Translations under genes and position numbers: made by a program
The notes under the pieces: generated by a model
Database searches by the model: none
Told to the model about the DNA's origin: nothing
What the model saw: the letters and a program-made list of their open reading frames with translations, nothing else
Assembly: GCA_036785375.1 (NCBI GenBank)
Contig: JAWMAR010000079.1
Span: 2,170,001 to 2,234,000 of the forward strand
Source: Leucoraja ocellata
Lineage: Eukaryota
DNA: 64,000 nucleotides
Reading direction: 5' to 3'
In this document: in pieces, positions 36,166-50,299 of the stretch
Layout of the letters: the number at the start of each line of letters is the position of its first letter
Position numbering within the stretch: the first letter of the stretch is position 1

Positions 36166-37954
36166 TCTCATGAAATGCTCAGTAAATTAGACAGCATTTC
36201 TGTAGAGATAGAAATTAGAGTTTCGCATCAATGACTCTTTGTTTCTCTTTCCAGTAATGTTGCTTGACCTGAGTATCCACAGAACTTTCTGTTATTATTT
36301 ATTATTTCAGATTTCTTGCATCTGCAAGTTTTGTTCTGTTTGAATGGTTGGGGATGAGGGTAATGAAGGATGGGGATTGTATTCAAATCCTACTTTGGAC
36401 ACGGATACCCATCCACTGGCAATACTGAATCGGGAATCCATGTCACTAAGAAGATGAAGAAACCTGAACTGCTTGATTTGAGAAATGCCCTGCAATGGTA
36501 ATTGATGAGTATGTGTAGCAATAAGGAAAGCATATGCAAGTGTTTGCTGTTTTGTGGGATCTTGCTGTTCGTTTGCTACACTGCGACAGTGACTACTCAA
36601 TTAATGCCCATGTCAGCTGTAACAGTGTTGTGTGGCATCCTGACAGTTTGTATGAGTGCAAATATTTTGCAAGGAATCAAAAGGCCATCTTCTGCTCCTG
36701 TTTTCATTCTTACAATGGGCTAAAAGGCCCTCTGTGCCTTAACAACGCTTGACATCTTGACACTGTAAATCTTTAGGATCACAAAGTGTTCACTCTCTGT
36801 AATTCCCCTTCTCTGGAAGGCATGAAAAGAGAGTCTTCAGCTAGAAGCAGCCCAAATGTAACCATTTGTGTTGATACCACTAGAAAGTGGCCTGTTAATT
36901 GGCTGCTGTTGCATATAGCAGCATGCTGTAGTCTATTAACTTTCTCACTGTGACTTTGTTTACTTTGATACATCTTGTGTGGAGAGTGACCCCACCCCCC
37001 CACCCTTCTTTCCGTTCTTTGAACCCTGCAGTGGTGGGGAGACTGCAGCGTTACTGGCTGAATGCCAGGGCCATTTTCAGTGAAGCAAACCTGAAACAAA
37101 AGAGAATGGAAGCAATTTGCCCTCTTTAAAATAAAAAAAAAATCATTTTTTCTTCAAACCCCCACCCACAGCCTCTCTTTGCAAATAGCTTGATGGATCT
37201 ATGTTGGGGCAAGGAAGCCTGACAGGGGCTTAGCAACCTGTGATTTCTTCTACAGTGCCAATTGCCGGACAGTCTGACGATAGTTCTGTTCGGCTTCCAG
37301 CTCCAGCCTTTTATAGCTGCTTTGTGATAGACTTGAAGAGCGTCTCCCAGGCGAGCTGGATTGATCAAGGTAAGGGATGTGGAAAAAATAAAGGCTTGAG
37401 TACTTCCACTATGGTGCCGTGCACTCTCTGAATTGGTTGTGAATTGTTTACTTGGGGGAAGTATGGGCCTCAATCAGGTTTCCTGCTTTGTTACGGCTAT
37501 TGTTCTAGTATTGCGATAGCTCCAAGTTACTGTGGTTTATAGTTAAACCCTGAACATTTTAGTTTTGCTTTTTCTTATTTAATGGTAATTTATTCTAACT
37601 TTTTGCCACCCCCAAACATAGGCCCCTCCAATGAATCGCAGTAAGCGGCAGGACTTGGATAACCTGAGTGTGCCCACATAACTATCTGTAGGCTCTTGCA
37701 CTGCATAGGCTCTATTAAATTGTCTGATCCGGCCTTTAGACCTGTGCTCCCTTTGCAGCTGATTCTATTTGTATGGAAGCTGAAGGAGAGAACTGCAGTT
37801 TGGCTGCCTTTTCGGATTGTCAGATGGTTTGGCTGAGCAGAAATTCCCTCTGGCTAAATATTGGGAAGTCATTGAGCCATTGCCTCTGAATCTCATTGCG
37901 TTATTGCTCGGACACATATTTCACCCCCGTCCCTGCCAGCTATCTGAAATTAAG

Positions 37955-39240
37955 CCATACAGACGCACTTGATTTCACTTCGACATAACCTCCTCACACC
38001 CCCACCCTGTTTCTTGCAAGGGCACCATCCCATGCTCTCAATTTCTACATCTCTGCCATATCCGCTCCCTCGCGTAAGCTTTCCACCATAGTCCATTCAA
38101 GACGTCCTCTTTCTTCAGCAGGCATGGTCTATCCTCCCAATTGCCCCCCCCCCCCCCCCCCCCATGCTATTATAGCTAGAGCCTACATCCATGCCTCCTG
38201 TGTCCCGCAGTTCTGCTCTTACTACCTCTTTCCCCCTAAACGGAATAAGGATAGACCTCCCCTTGTCATCACCTTTCACCCACCAGCGTCTGCATTCAAC
38301 ACATTATTCCCTCCATTTCTGCCATTTTCAATGTGATCCCACCACTAATCACATCTCCCATCCCCACTCCTTTCCACTTTCTGTAGAGCCCACACCCTCC
38401 ACAACTCCTTGGTTCACCCAGCCCACTCCTTCCCAGGGTTCCTTCCCCTGCAACTGCAAGAGATGTAAAACATGTCCTACAACTCCTCTCTTACTTCCAT
38501 CCAAGGACCCCAGCAGCCCTTCCAGTTGCAATAGAGGTTCATGTGCATCTTATCATCTACTACATTTTGATGCTCTTGATGTAGCCTCCTTAACATTAAC
38601 GAGACCAAGCATAGAGTAGCTGGTCGTTTCGCTGAACACTAGTGCTCTGTCCACCAAGGCCTGCTGGATCTCCTGGTTGCCAACCATTTTAACTCCATCC
38701 CATTTCCATATTGACCTTTCTGTTCTTTGCCTTCTTTACTGCCAGAGTTAGGCCACACGCAAACTGGAGCAACAGTACCTCATATCCCGCTTGGGTAGCT
38801 TACAACCTAACATTATGAACTATGTATTCTCCAACTTCAACTAATACTCCCTTGCCCCCTCTTTCTTCTGTGCCCACACCCCAGTCTGCCTCCATTCTCC
38901 CACCATCTCAAATATTGTCATTCTGCACCTTTCCCCTCCTTGGTACACTCATCTCCTGTCCCACATCCCACCCTCCAGCTTTATATTTTACTACTGCTTC
39001 TTTTCTAACACTTTTCACTTCTAACCTTTGTCACCATCTGCCAATCAACCCCCACAACCCATCTGTATCCATCTATCATTTGCCATGGTTTGTCCTGACC
39101 TACCTTTTCCAGCTATCAGTCTGAAGAAGAGACCCAAGCTTAAATGTCATCTATTTCCTCCGCTGATGCTGTCTGAGCCACAGACTTCCTCCAGCACTTT
39201 GTGTTTTGCTCAAGATTCCGGCCTCTAATGGCTCTAGTGT
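37955..39240 (+). mobile_element. Decayed Penelope-like retroelement (RT C-terminus, GIY-YIG endonuclease, terminal repeat)
   Basis: Frameshifted pieces KRNKDRPPLVITFHP, GSFPCNCKRCKTCP, ETKHR..RFAEH, VANHFNS and ATRKLEQQYLI..LGSLQP. Ends in CTGAAGAAG..CTCCAGCACTTTGTGTTTT, matching the short repeat family seen elsewhere in the window. Confidence 0.88.
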
Positions 39241-39467
39241 CTCCATAGCTATGGTTCATCTGTCTGGAACTCCCTCCTTAAACCTCTATTCCTTTCAACT
39301 CTTTATTATGTTCCTCAAAACCTATATCTTTGAACACATGTAACAGGGCACAAAATATTTGTTTCATAATTACTTCTGTCTTCAAATAATTTTTGTGATA
39401 TGACACAAATTATTGTGGTTTAAAAAATACCTCGGCATTTTGCTCCTGTTCCATGTTGATCTACTTA

Positions 39468-39785
39468 AAGCCCTGTCCCACTGTACGAGTTCATTCAAGA
39501 GTTCTCCCTGAGTTTGCCCTGATTCGAACTCGGAGATTTACGGTAATGGCAGCTCGTAAGTACCGGGGCTCTCGTGGACATTTTTCAACATGTTGAAAAA
39601 TCTTCCCGAGCTTGCCTGCCGTTAGCGAGTCTTCCCGAGTACCTGCCGTTAGCGTTACGAGCCGCTAAGACACGTCCCCGAGCTCCGACGTACCAGCTAC
39701 GTTCATTCTACGTGCTTACCACGCGTTTGATTTATTTAAAACTCGGGAGAGCACTTGAATGAACTCGTACAGTGGGACAGGGCCA
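39468..39785. mobile_element. PIF/Harbinger-type MITE, 318 bp
   Basis: Near-perfect TIR GCCCTGTCCCACTGTACGAGTTCATTCAAG / CTTGAATGAACTCGTACAGTGGGACAGGGC, with TTA target duplication at 39465-39467 and 39786-39788. Confidence 0.9.
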
Positions 39786-40260
39786 TTAACCAAAAGTGAT
39801 TTGCTCTAGAAATGGCATGGTACATTCAGAGATAACTTTCTTTCTGCCTGCTTCTTTGTCAAAAATAAAGCAGCTACAGACAAATAATCTGACTGGTACA
39901 TCACCCTCTCCCTCCCTCACCAGTTGTGGAATGAACTCGCCATTCATTACAGTCTCTGACTAGATTACAGAACATGGCTGAAAATGTGTCCTGTGCCAGG
40001 GTTAATGTCAAACCAGAATAGAAAGTGCACACAACAGGAATGGCTGAGTACTGTATCCCTCGATCCAATTACTATCAAAAGGTTATTTGTAATTAAAGAC
40101 CTGGAATACATGAGAAACTTTTATTTGGATGACTTGAAGTAAGAAAATGTTGAACCTAATTACACAAATATCTTTAAAAATGAACTTTCACTCTGGTTCT
40201 GACTTTTCTTTTGTACTTGATGTGGCAGTAATATGGTTTGGGTTTTCTTGTTCCCTTAGA

Positions 40261-40648
40261 CATGGGGTCGGCAACCTACGGCCCACGGGCCGGATTCGGC
40301 CCGTAACCCGAAATCATCCGGGCAGCAAGCGTATTTTTTTTCATTTCGTTTTCACGACCTGAGAATTATAGCCAGTCCCGGGGACGCAAGCTGATCTGGG
40401 GCTAGCAGCTAGTCCCGGGGCACGCAGGCGACCTGGGCGCTACAGCAAGTCCCGGGGCAGGCGAGCCGACCTGGAAACTGCAGCCGGTCCCGGGGCACGT
40501 GAGGAACCTGGGAACTGCAGAAAACTAATTGGAAAAACCCGTGAAAACTAATGCGAAAAAGTGTCACACTGTAGCGATAGACGTGGACTGCCATCCGCTC
40601 ACGGACATGGGTCCTGGCCCCTATGCAGAACAAGGTTGCCAACCCCTG
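40261..40648. mobile_element. hAT (Charlie-like) non-autonomous element with internal minisatellite
   Basis: TIRs CATGGGGTCGGCAACCT / AGGTTGCCAACCCCTG, subterminal CGGCCC motifs, TAGA-containing flanks, and four ~38-nt GTCCCGGGG..CCTGG units. Confidence 0.82.
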
Positions 40649-40784
40649 TCATAGATTCTCTCCCACCCCACTCTTTCAATTGAGCATACTGGATTGCCTC
40701 CAATACTGTGTGTTTTTGCACCTCAAATAGAAGCAGTTCCATGATGGTGCTCCTTGAAGAAAAATAATCCTTTCTCACCCCCAC

Positions 40785-40922
40785 AATCTGTGTGAAGAAA
40801 GGTCCCAACCCCAAAACATCACCTATCCATTTTTCCTGGGGTGTTGTCTGACCCACTGAGTTACTCCAACACTCTGTGTCTTTGTTTTGTAAACCAACAT
40901 CTGTTGTTCCTTGTTTCTGCAA
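40785..40922 (-). repeat. Penelope-derived short repeat
   Basis: Reverse complement of the family at 62940-63073 (CTGACCCACTGAGTTACTCCAACACTCTGTGTCT). Confidence 0.7.
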
Positions 40923-43900
40923 GAATCCTTTACTACCTGGAATGAGAGTGCGTACATGAGTGTTTTGGATCTTTTCTCTGTCGGGTCTTTTGAATTGTTT
41001 TATTTTACTAAGTTTTGGCAGCATGATTCAAAATATTGTGATAGCTTTGCTGATTAAATGTTGTTGGATTACATTCTGAAAAACTAGATGCCAGAATTTT
41101 CATTAATATTCCTCCTCTTTAACTTTTATTTCATTTTCTTTCTTGGCTTATCTTTCTCTCTTTGTTTATTTCTCCCCAAGCCCCTTCCACAGCGTTAAAT
41201 GGGCACAAATCATGTACCTTTGTTGGCACACAGTTTAACTATTGGCATAAATTTGAGGATATATTTCAGCATAGATGGCACAGAAAATGTCAAAAAATAT
41301 TCAGAAAATTAGTCTGTATCTGTGCAGAGAGAAACTGGGTTAAAGTTTCAGGCAAGTGAACATTTGCTAAGGAGTAGAGACTTGAACATATGACACTAGC
41401 AATACAGTTTAAAACATCTTTAGGAAGTCATTGTTACCCAAGGCAGATAAGATTAAATATTATTGAAAGTGAATATACTGCAGACTTTGCAAATATGCTA
41501 TTTAAAAAAAACCTGAAATATTATCCCTATTTCTCTTTTGATATACGCTGCCTAACCTGCTAAGTGTTTCCAACTTTTTCAATTTTATTTCAGCTTCTCT
41601 GCACAAGTGAGATGTAAAACCCTCTACCATATCCTTTCTGAGCAACAGTGTGATTCCCTAGAGAGATAGTTTAAGATATATTGGAGTTGTTTGTCCAAGT
41701 ACCTCCTCCTTATCAAGCCAGAGTCATAGAATGTCTCATGTTGTCTATTAGAAGCTCTTGGCTCTTGGTACTGGTGGAAGATTATCAGCAAAGCTAGCCC
41801 TAATGAGGTGTTTTTGTTTTGTTTATTGAGAGTTATTAAGGTCAGTGCAGTTGGCACCAGATCAACTGAACAACGCAGCACTAACAAAAGGAAGTTGTGT
41901 ATTTATACAGTGCTTTCAAATATAAGCTGCTATGTGATGGTTCACATTGTGGACAGTATTATTGGTAAAAATGGCAGATACCATTCCTGATAGGAAGATC
42001 CTACAAAGAGGAATATCAGTCTGATTTACTTTTAATGGCATTCACTATGGGCTGAATATTAGCAGTGATTAACTTTCAATAGTTCTTTAAAATCTTTTCT
42101 AATTTCTTTTTTTAATAAAAGGTAGAATTCATTCACTCCATCGAGTTCATGCTGACTCTCAGAGCATTTCTCTCTCTTCCATTTGCCCCACCCCCAACTG
42201 TTTCCCTCTTGCCTATTTTCTTTCACATGTCCATCAGCTATTCACAATTCTCCTGCCAAACACCCACACTTGGGGCAAATCACAATACCCCACCTTTGGG
42301 ATGTGGTAGGAAACAACAGAACACTTGCGAAAACCCACATGGCCATTGAGTGAATGTGTAAGCTTCACAAAAAGCAACACCTCGGGTCATGGCCCCTGAA
42401 GCTAATGAAAAGCATCACTACCTGATACGCTACTATGCATACAAATGAACTATTAGAGCATTCGGATGCGATCTGCATCACTAATAGTGCAGCATGCTTG
42501 CAGTACTGCACTGTTGTGCCAGCCTAGCATATGAGCTCTTGATTGAGGTCTAAGAATTAGATTTTATTCGTTTCTTTTTGCAGCACGGTAAAAAATGTTC
42601 TTCAAAGACTTAAAAGTATCCCTGAACTACTTGGAACGAACGGCTTTAAAAGCTTTGCTGTGTTCAAGAAAAATTCTAATAAAGTTTAGTTGGAAAAAAT
42701 CCAGAACCACTTTAGTTGTTAAAGAGTAAGGAGAAACATTGTTTTTACACAGTGAGTTGTTGTGATTTGGAAAGCTGTGCCTGAGAGGGCAGGAACATGT
42801 GTTCAATAATAACCTCGCAAAGGGTATTAGATTACTTATAAAGGAAGTTCTTGCTCACCTATGTGGGATGAGCAGGAAAACAGAATTATTCAGGTAGCCC
42901 TTCCAAAGGGCCAAATGGTTGACTCTGGTCTATAATATATTGAAATGTGATGGTTACCATAGTAATGGTCCATAGTTGCAATGTAACACCAGATGTGAAA
43001 TGATTTAGCCCAATAGCTTGGATTCATAAAAAAGGGAAGATGGAAGAGTACAGGAGGTCACAAGGTGGGAGGTCTTAAACACTGACATGGACAACTTGGG
43101 CAGAATGGCTTTGGCTGCACTGTGTATTATAACCCAGAGGGCAGACATTACCAAAAGGGTATGTGTTCCATCAGGAATGCTTTGTACATGAGGGGTTAAC
43201 TGAATGGAAAATGGGCTGCCGTCCAGGTTTGAAATTCTGGAGCCTCGGCAGGGGAAGAACTTCACAATGATTAACTGGCCCATTTTTAGTTGTGTGCTGG
43301 CACTGCTGAGCTCCCACAGCTATAGCCATGAAGTGGTTTCATTTGAATAGTGTAGTGTCTGGCTCTATTTCAGCTGCTACCGGAGGTACTTAGAAGTCCT
43401 ATTCCACGAAGGATGGACCAGCAGCTGAAGAGTGTTGCTGACCATTGTCTGACCACAAGCCCTCCCTCCCTACACCTTGGTGTAAGTGCTGGCCTAAGTC
43501 TAATACACACATACTGGCCCAGAAACGGAATCGAAAAATTTGTAAATGCTGAGCATTGCCAGCCCGATTTGTTGCAAGGGCCTCAGCTGGGAGACGGTCT
43601 AGGAAAATAAACCAGGAAAGATTTTGAAATTCAAACTGGAAATATTTCTCCCAATATAGAATAAACAATCCTCCTATTCTGATGGCACTGATTCCAATTG
43701 GGATGTAGGTTTGAAGGATTTGCAATCCAGTCTTCATCTGCTAGCCTTATAGCGGGCTCGAGAACTATTCTTCGCAGAAGGCAGTGCATCTGGATTTCCC
43801 TTAGTTGGCGGTTTTCCCCTGTTTGCTCCTCTGGGGAGATTATAAGGGTTGTACAATGTGGGGTAGGTGAGATGAAGATAAGGAATCGTATGCCTCATGG

Positions 43901-45329
43901 GTTGGAACAGCTGTTTTTTCTGTAGTTTTATATGTCCACCTGTGAACATGCTCTTTTCCACTCCCCCCTCCCCAAACCTGCCACCTTTTGTCCTTTCTCT
44001 TCTTCCTACTGCCCCAAATCCCTTGTTGAATTTGGAATCATCTTCCAGACCCAAGCATAGAATGTATGCTGACAAATTAATAAACCAATAACATGAATTA
44101 TTATTTTATTAACGTGCTGATAAATGTATATAAGAATTGTGGTTCTCAAGGCTCGGTGCAGCCATTTGCTAGATGGGCTTTGGCTGCTGAGATCCCAGTG
44201 TTCTCCGAGCTCCAAGGATAGTGAAGCATTCATAAGAGCTCAAGGTAGCAAAGTTGTTCGCTGTTATAGAACCCTCTTGTTACATGTTGTGATTTCATAT
44301 CACAACCAAGGATATCCCTGGATTACCAACCTCCTGTTGCCAGCAATCAGACTTCCTCCACATGTTCACTCTCATGTCAGCTTGGATCAAGACTGTCAGC
44401 AGGTTATTTGGTAATCGCAAATCGACCTAAATACAGCCACTTCCTCAATGCTAATGAACATTGTTAATAAATTTAAAATGCGGGTAATGAGGTGGGTTAT
44501 ATTTGTATCCCATCTCACTACACACATTAGTTATTTTAGGGATGCAATGATTGTATGTTGATTAACAGAGGCCATCACTGTTGGGGAAAAGTCGGGAGCC
44601 TTTTGGAAACCCTGATCTTCCCAGGACTCTGACTGGCACTGCCCAATGCGACATGGGCTTTACCATGGTCCTACGACTCTATCCTCCCTGCACCCTCTGT
44701 GCCCGCTTCCAGAGCATCTATCAAGACATCCCAAGGTACTTTGCAGTCAGTGATATAGTTACCTTTGTAATGTAAAGAAACAAGGCAATCAGTTTGGACA
44801 CAGCAAGCTCCTGATGCCGAGTAAGCCCTGGTCAAAACCTGAAGGGCTAATGTTGACATGGACACAGTTTAAGTTTGGTCTTTCCATGGAATTGCATGTT
44901 CCAGCATGAAGACTGGTTTGTGCCCCAACCAGCAGGAATGGATCTTGTCTGCTGCGATTCCAGTAGACTCTCATCTTGCAAGGTAATGGGAGTTTCGCAG
45001 GATTCCCCATTCTAATTCCTGTCTCCCTTTTGTCACATTATGGAATGAGGCCATTTGTCCCATTGAGTATGTGCTGGCTTTATGCAAGACCAAGGCCCAT
45101 TACCCTAAGCCTTCCCCTCCCTCCATTGTCCTGCAAATCCCATCCTTCTGGATACTTATCCGGCTCCTTCAAGATGCTAGATATTAATTTGCCTTCACAG
45201 TGATTTAGATAGATAGCCTTTTATTATCATTCAGAAATCTGAACGAAATTGCAGCAGTCATACATATAATACCATACAATAAAACAACAATAAACACGCA
45301 TTTCTTGACACAGATGTAAAAGTTAATAC

Positions 45330-45643
45330 AGAGCACGGAAACAGAATTTGTTGCCCATCATGGTCGCACTGGCATTCAGCGCATGTCTACACTAATGCAC
45401 GTTTGCTTTCCCTCTTCCATCTCTATCAACTCTCCAATGTCCCCCTCACCCACGTACAGTAGGGTAGTTTGGAGCAGCCATTTGACCTACCAACCAGCAT
45501 GTCTGAGAAGTAGGATGAAACCGGTGCATTCCAGGAAACACACAGAGTCATAGGGAAAACACGCAAACTCCACATAGGTGGCACCATGGGACGGTAAACC
45601 TGGGTCCCTGCAGCTGCAAGAAGAGTCATGGGCTGCTGCCACC
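45330..45643 (-). mobile_element. Diverged V-SINE
   Basis: GGAAACACACAGAGTCATAGGGAAAACACGCAAACTCCACATAG.., similar to the other SINE copies. Confidence 0.65.
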
Positions 45644-45864
45644 TTTATGTTTTTGGCAATCGCTTTTATTCTTTGTTATTCAACCCTTCCACCAACATAC
45701 TGCTTCTCTGTTAAGGGCCAGACACATACTGCCATGCTTTGGTGAGTGCAATGCACAGATCCTAGTTGGCCGCACACTGGGTTTGAGAATGACAATTGTA
45801 TAAACTGCCCGCACACAGGCAAGAGGACATTGGGCATTTGATTACTACATGAGGAATACTAAGA

Positions 45865-46113
45865 AGTGGCACAGTGGTAGAGTTTGAGGCCTTGCAGCGC
45901 CAGAAACCTGGGTTCAAACCTTACTACAGCTGCTATTTGTACGGTTTGTACGTAGTCCCTTTGACCGCGTGGGTCTCTGGTTTCCTCCCACATTCCAAAG
46001 ACATACCGGTTTGTAAGTTATTTGCCCCTAGTGTGTAGGATATAACTAGTGTACGGGTGATTGTTGGTCAACGGGGGCCGAAGGGCCTGTTTCCATGAAT
46101 GTGTTTAAACTAA
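45865..46113 (+). mobile_element. tRNA-derived V-SINE (HE1-like)
   Basis: GTGGCACAGTGGTAGAG..CAGCGCCAGAAACCTGGGTTCAAACC..TTTCCTCCCACATTCCAAAGAC..GGGCCGAAGGGCCTGTTTCC..TAAACTAAA. Confidence 0.85.
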
Positions 46114-46129
46114 AGTGAACATTCAACCA

Positions 46130-46330
46130 TGACTCAGTTGGTTATTCTCTTGCCCAGTTCCAGAAGATTTAAGGGTCAACACCCGGGTCAACGCCCAGCT
46201 GACACATTGGTGAAGTTATAGTTTCCGAGATGTGCCTTCAGATGCCAGACCGAGGGCCTTCCCTGTCACTTGGATGTGGTCAACATAACCCAAGGCCCAA
46301 TTTCGAAAGGAATTATTTTATTCTTAAAGT
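46130..46330 (+). mobile_element. Degenerate Deu-domain SINE remnant
   Basis: GACTCAGTTGG head and CCTTCAGATG..ACCGAGGGCC..GGATGTGG..CCCAAGGCCCAATTTCGAAAG resemble the Deu domain from memory. Confidence 0.45.
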
Positions 46331-49300
46331 ACATTTGAACAACATGATCAGCCCATTCTATGCGTGGTCTTCCTTGAGCACCTACTACTCAGTTTCTCAT
46401 GTTGCAGAAGTGACTGCACTTTGCTGTCTCTCCTTTGTGGTAAAGAGTGGTAGGTGTCTTGTGATTGGGATTGATACAGGGAGCCTGCCTGTGATTTGAT
46501 TCCAGTGCCTGTTTGTAGCATTCCACCAAAAGCAGCCGGCGACTTTCAGTTTGGGAACCTTTCGCTGAACTCTAGTGATCATAAGTCACATTGTTCCCAT
46601 GGCGGCTGTGAAACTGGAACTTGGCGTGGCTGCTGGAGTTTGGCGATCTGCTCTCTTCCTGTCACACTGCCTTCAAGAAGTGCGCTGCCCCAGCAGAGTC
46701 AATCAGGAAGACCTCTAGTTCATTATCTCCACCGAACCAGCTAAGCTAGGGCATGGTGGGAATAGGGGCCTTCTTTCTGAGGTCTGAGGTCCTCCAGATT
46801 CTTGCCCGACAAGATGATAGGAATTGGGCAGTATTCTCTGATTGCTGTCTTTTTTCTCCAGTGGAGGGAGGCTATTTGGGTTCAAACCAGCTTTATATCA
46901 GAACAATCCAAGTCCAACTCCTCCTCTGCCACCTGCCAATTCATTCTCCCTTTTGAATGCTGCAATTGGACCCGCCTCTGCTTCCTCCGTGGCTTTATAT
47001 TCCATACCCCAACCACCCTGCATTAAATAAAACTTTCCTATGTCACACTTGGTTCTTTTGTCATTCATTCTATGCCCCCTGGTTCTTGACACCTCCACTC
47101 ATGGGAATTGTTTCTGTCAATTTAAATTCCCCTGTGGGATGCCCTCACAATCTCTGTTGATAACCGAACAACTTTTCCACACAACTAAAAGCCCTCATCC
47201 TAGGAATCATTTTGGAAAATCTTTCTGCATCCTCGCTAAAGCCTTCACACCTTCCTAAAATGTGGCGCACTGAACTTTGCATAGTATTCTAATTGTGGCC
47301 CAACCAGGATTATCATCCTGGCAATCCTGGAATCGCCCCATCACAGCTGTTCCCCTTTTCTTCACCATCCTTGCATCCACCCTCTCCAACTTAAAACAAA
47401 TTAACTGTTCTTTCTTTCCCAGTTCCTCATTCTCATTAAAGCGTAGTAATATTAAAAGCATGGCAGCCTCTGTGTACAGCAAGATTTTGCACACTCCCAC
47501 ATCATGATCATTAACTTAGATTTTAACGCAGTTGCCAATTAAGGAAATATGTGAATGACCAGCAATTGGGCATGATCAAAGAGATGAATACTAAGGAATG
47601 GATGGGACTGCAAAGAGATTGCAGAGCACGGGTGAACATTTAAATGGGCCACACTGGGCATGACATTTTATCTACTGCACAGTTAATTTAAGACGAGTAG
47701 TTAAACTTGTACTCATTGAGTCTATTTAGACAGGCCTCTAAACATCCAAGGAAATGAGAAGCACTGCCCCATTTTACTTTTGACCAATGTATTATCACCG
47801 TTTCATATACATAGCTGTAAAAGGCTCACTGGTATTCATCAAGGTAGGTTGCAGCCAATAAAAACAGGAGAAACTATTCAGTACAAGCAAGAGATCCTGA
47901 TTTATGGACGTCCTAAGCATTGGCATTGTGACCATGACACTAACACAGCTCCATGAGATCCCCAAACCAAATGTTCATTCTAAGCAAGGCCAGATGCCAT
48001 ACGGCCTTCTTTCTTTCTTTTTCTCTCTTGGAGGGTCACAGGGAACAGGGAGACCACATGTCTCATGCTTACATTCCGAGGATCAGCTGCTATACTTGCG
48101 CTTCTTCCCCCAACCCCTTTTCTCCATGTTTTTGGGAGGACACGAGTCCCGAGAGTGACTTCCTCCTGGGTTTCTGGCTATGTGCTGGTCTCGGGATCAC
48201 CATGATCAGCCCATTATATGTGAGGCCAGTCTAATGGTGCATCACATATTAGGCAGTCTAGGTAAGAATGACAGATTTCCTCCCCTAAACTGTATTAATA
48301 AACCAGGTATGTTTTTATGCTGATTTCACGGTTATTGAGGCATACCTTTTATTCCAGATTTATTCAATGACTTGCATTTAAATTTGCCATGATGGGATTT
48401 AGAAGTCACTTGCTTCAGTGGTCCAGATCTTTGCATACAATTCATCAACAACTACCATGTTGCTCAACTAATTTAATTTGAAGCTACATAAACATACGAT
48501 GGAGAAGGGAATCAGAGTTTGCGATGGTGTTAGATGGAGCTACCCGGTCCAATGTCCTGATGCTGCACTGTAAGAAAGAATTTGAATATAGCAGGATTGC
48601 TCAGTGACAGATAAACCCAGCCTCTGGATCTGGGAACCATTTGATTCTGATCAATAACACTAGCTGTGGGTGGGACACGGCTCTGGTCAATGTGTATGAT
48701 AAAGCGGTAAACCTCTCACAATTACACAAAGATTGTTGCTATCCATTCCTCTTGTAAGTGGCTTGACAGGGCCAATGTTAATAACTCTTTCTTTCAGTTT
48801 CTTAGACCGGACAGCCCAGCCAGACAGCAGAAAAAAGGCTTACCACGGCCTTAATGAACTGCCTTCACTTTGTGAGGTGTATTTATTGTACTATAGTGAG
48901 CCTGGAGTCCAGCATGCTTTGTATAAACTGCTCTGGGTCTCCATTAGTGGCTGTTTCCTTTCAGTCAGAGGCCCACTCTGTCAGGGTTATGACACTTGAC
49001 CTTTTGGAGAAAGCCATGTCATCCTCTTTGAAAAATGGGGAGCATTCCTCTCGCTCTCTCTGTTGCTCTTTATCTCTCGCTCTCGCTCACTCTATCCCCC
49101 TCCCCACACATGTTACAGAGGCCTCTTTAACCCTATGCTGTTGGCCCCAAGCAAGCAGATGCTGCGTTTTAATTCCAGTGGGGTAGCTGTTTTTTTGCAA
49201 GTTTATGTTCTCGTGACAGAAAGTCAAATCAGCCCATTGTAATCTCCCATTTCCAAATGAATTGGGTGAAGGAAGCGGTGGGCCCGCTGTTGCCATGGTG

Positions 49301-50299
49301 GCCAACTTAGCTCCCAGCAGCTCGGAATTGAAGATAACAGTAACTTGGTGAAATACAGGCTTTTTTCGGTTTGCTTTCCTGTGGATTTCAGCCATGAGAA
49401 CGTCTTTGTCGACTGTATATTTGGGCTCTGCAGGCATCTTAAAAGAATATAATTTTCATTGTTAAAACCTGGTTTATATTTTTGGCTACTGGGCAATACA
49501 TTGGATGATCAAATTTAGGCCTGGGTTATAAGCTTACCTTTGACATTACAATTCCCATTATTTGGCCAATTTCTCTTGTTTGAAGATATTAATTAGTTCC
49601 TGGCTACATTTAGAGGTACTATGTTACCATCTCCATCTTCTGACCTTAAGACAACCCGACAGCTGGTGGCTCTGGAGGTGATTGTGTAAGTGCTTCCACT
49701 TAAAATATGATGCCAGGTGTGGGGGGCGACCATTGTGCCAGAAATAATCCCCTCGCCCTATCTCCAGTTTTGTCTACCCCAATAAGTTCCTCCATACTCC
49801 GGCAACATTGATGAGTTGGGAAGAGGAAATCTCTCCTTACCTCACTAACCATGCGAGAGAAATTAGATTATTTGACAATAACTGTTAATGAACAAATGGT
49901 GATGGATCTTGTTATGAGAGTTAGGCGCAGACTACACACTACTTTTTCACTGTTAATAACCACTGTTCCTATGGGAGCTGACTTTAATATACATTTTATT
50001 CTGTGTAGAATGATTTTGGGACATTCATTTTCTCAAAACCTTTAGTTCAATCCTTTCCAGAACTGACTGACCATTGTGGCATTCAAGACTAGGGAGGGTA
50101 AGTGCAACAAGGGTTTCCTCAAAGTCAAAAAACTGCAGATGTTGGGAAACAACAGAAGCGACTCTAAACATTCAGCAAGTCCGGCAACGTCTTTAAAGGG
50201 AAAACAGACAATGTTTTGGGTCCCAATTGGTTCTGAGCTCTTAAATAAGTTGGTGTTTGGCTTCTCCGTAAACTGAGCACATGCAATTTACACTAATGA

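Noticed and set aside
37622-37640. Possible 19-nt micro-exon (CATAG|...|GTAAGC) in intron 3
   Set aside because: It would shift the frame, has no similarity to SMAD6, and such site pairs arise by chance in 40 kb.
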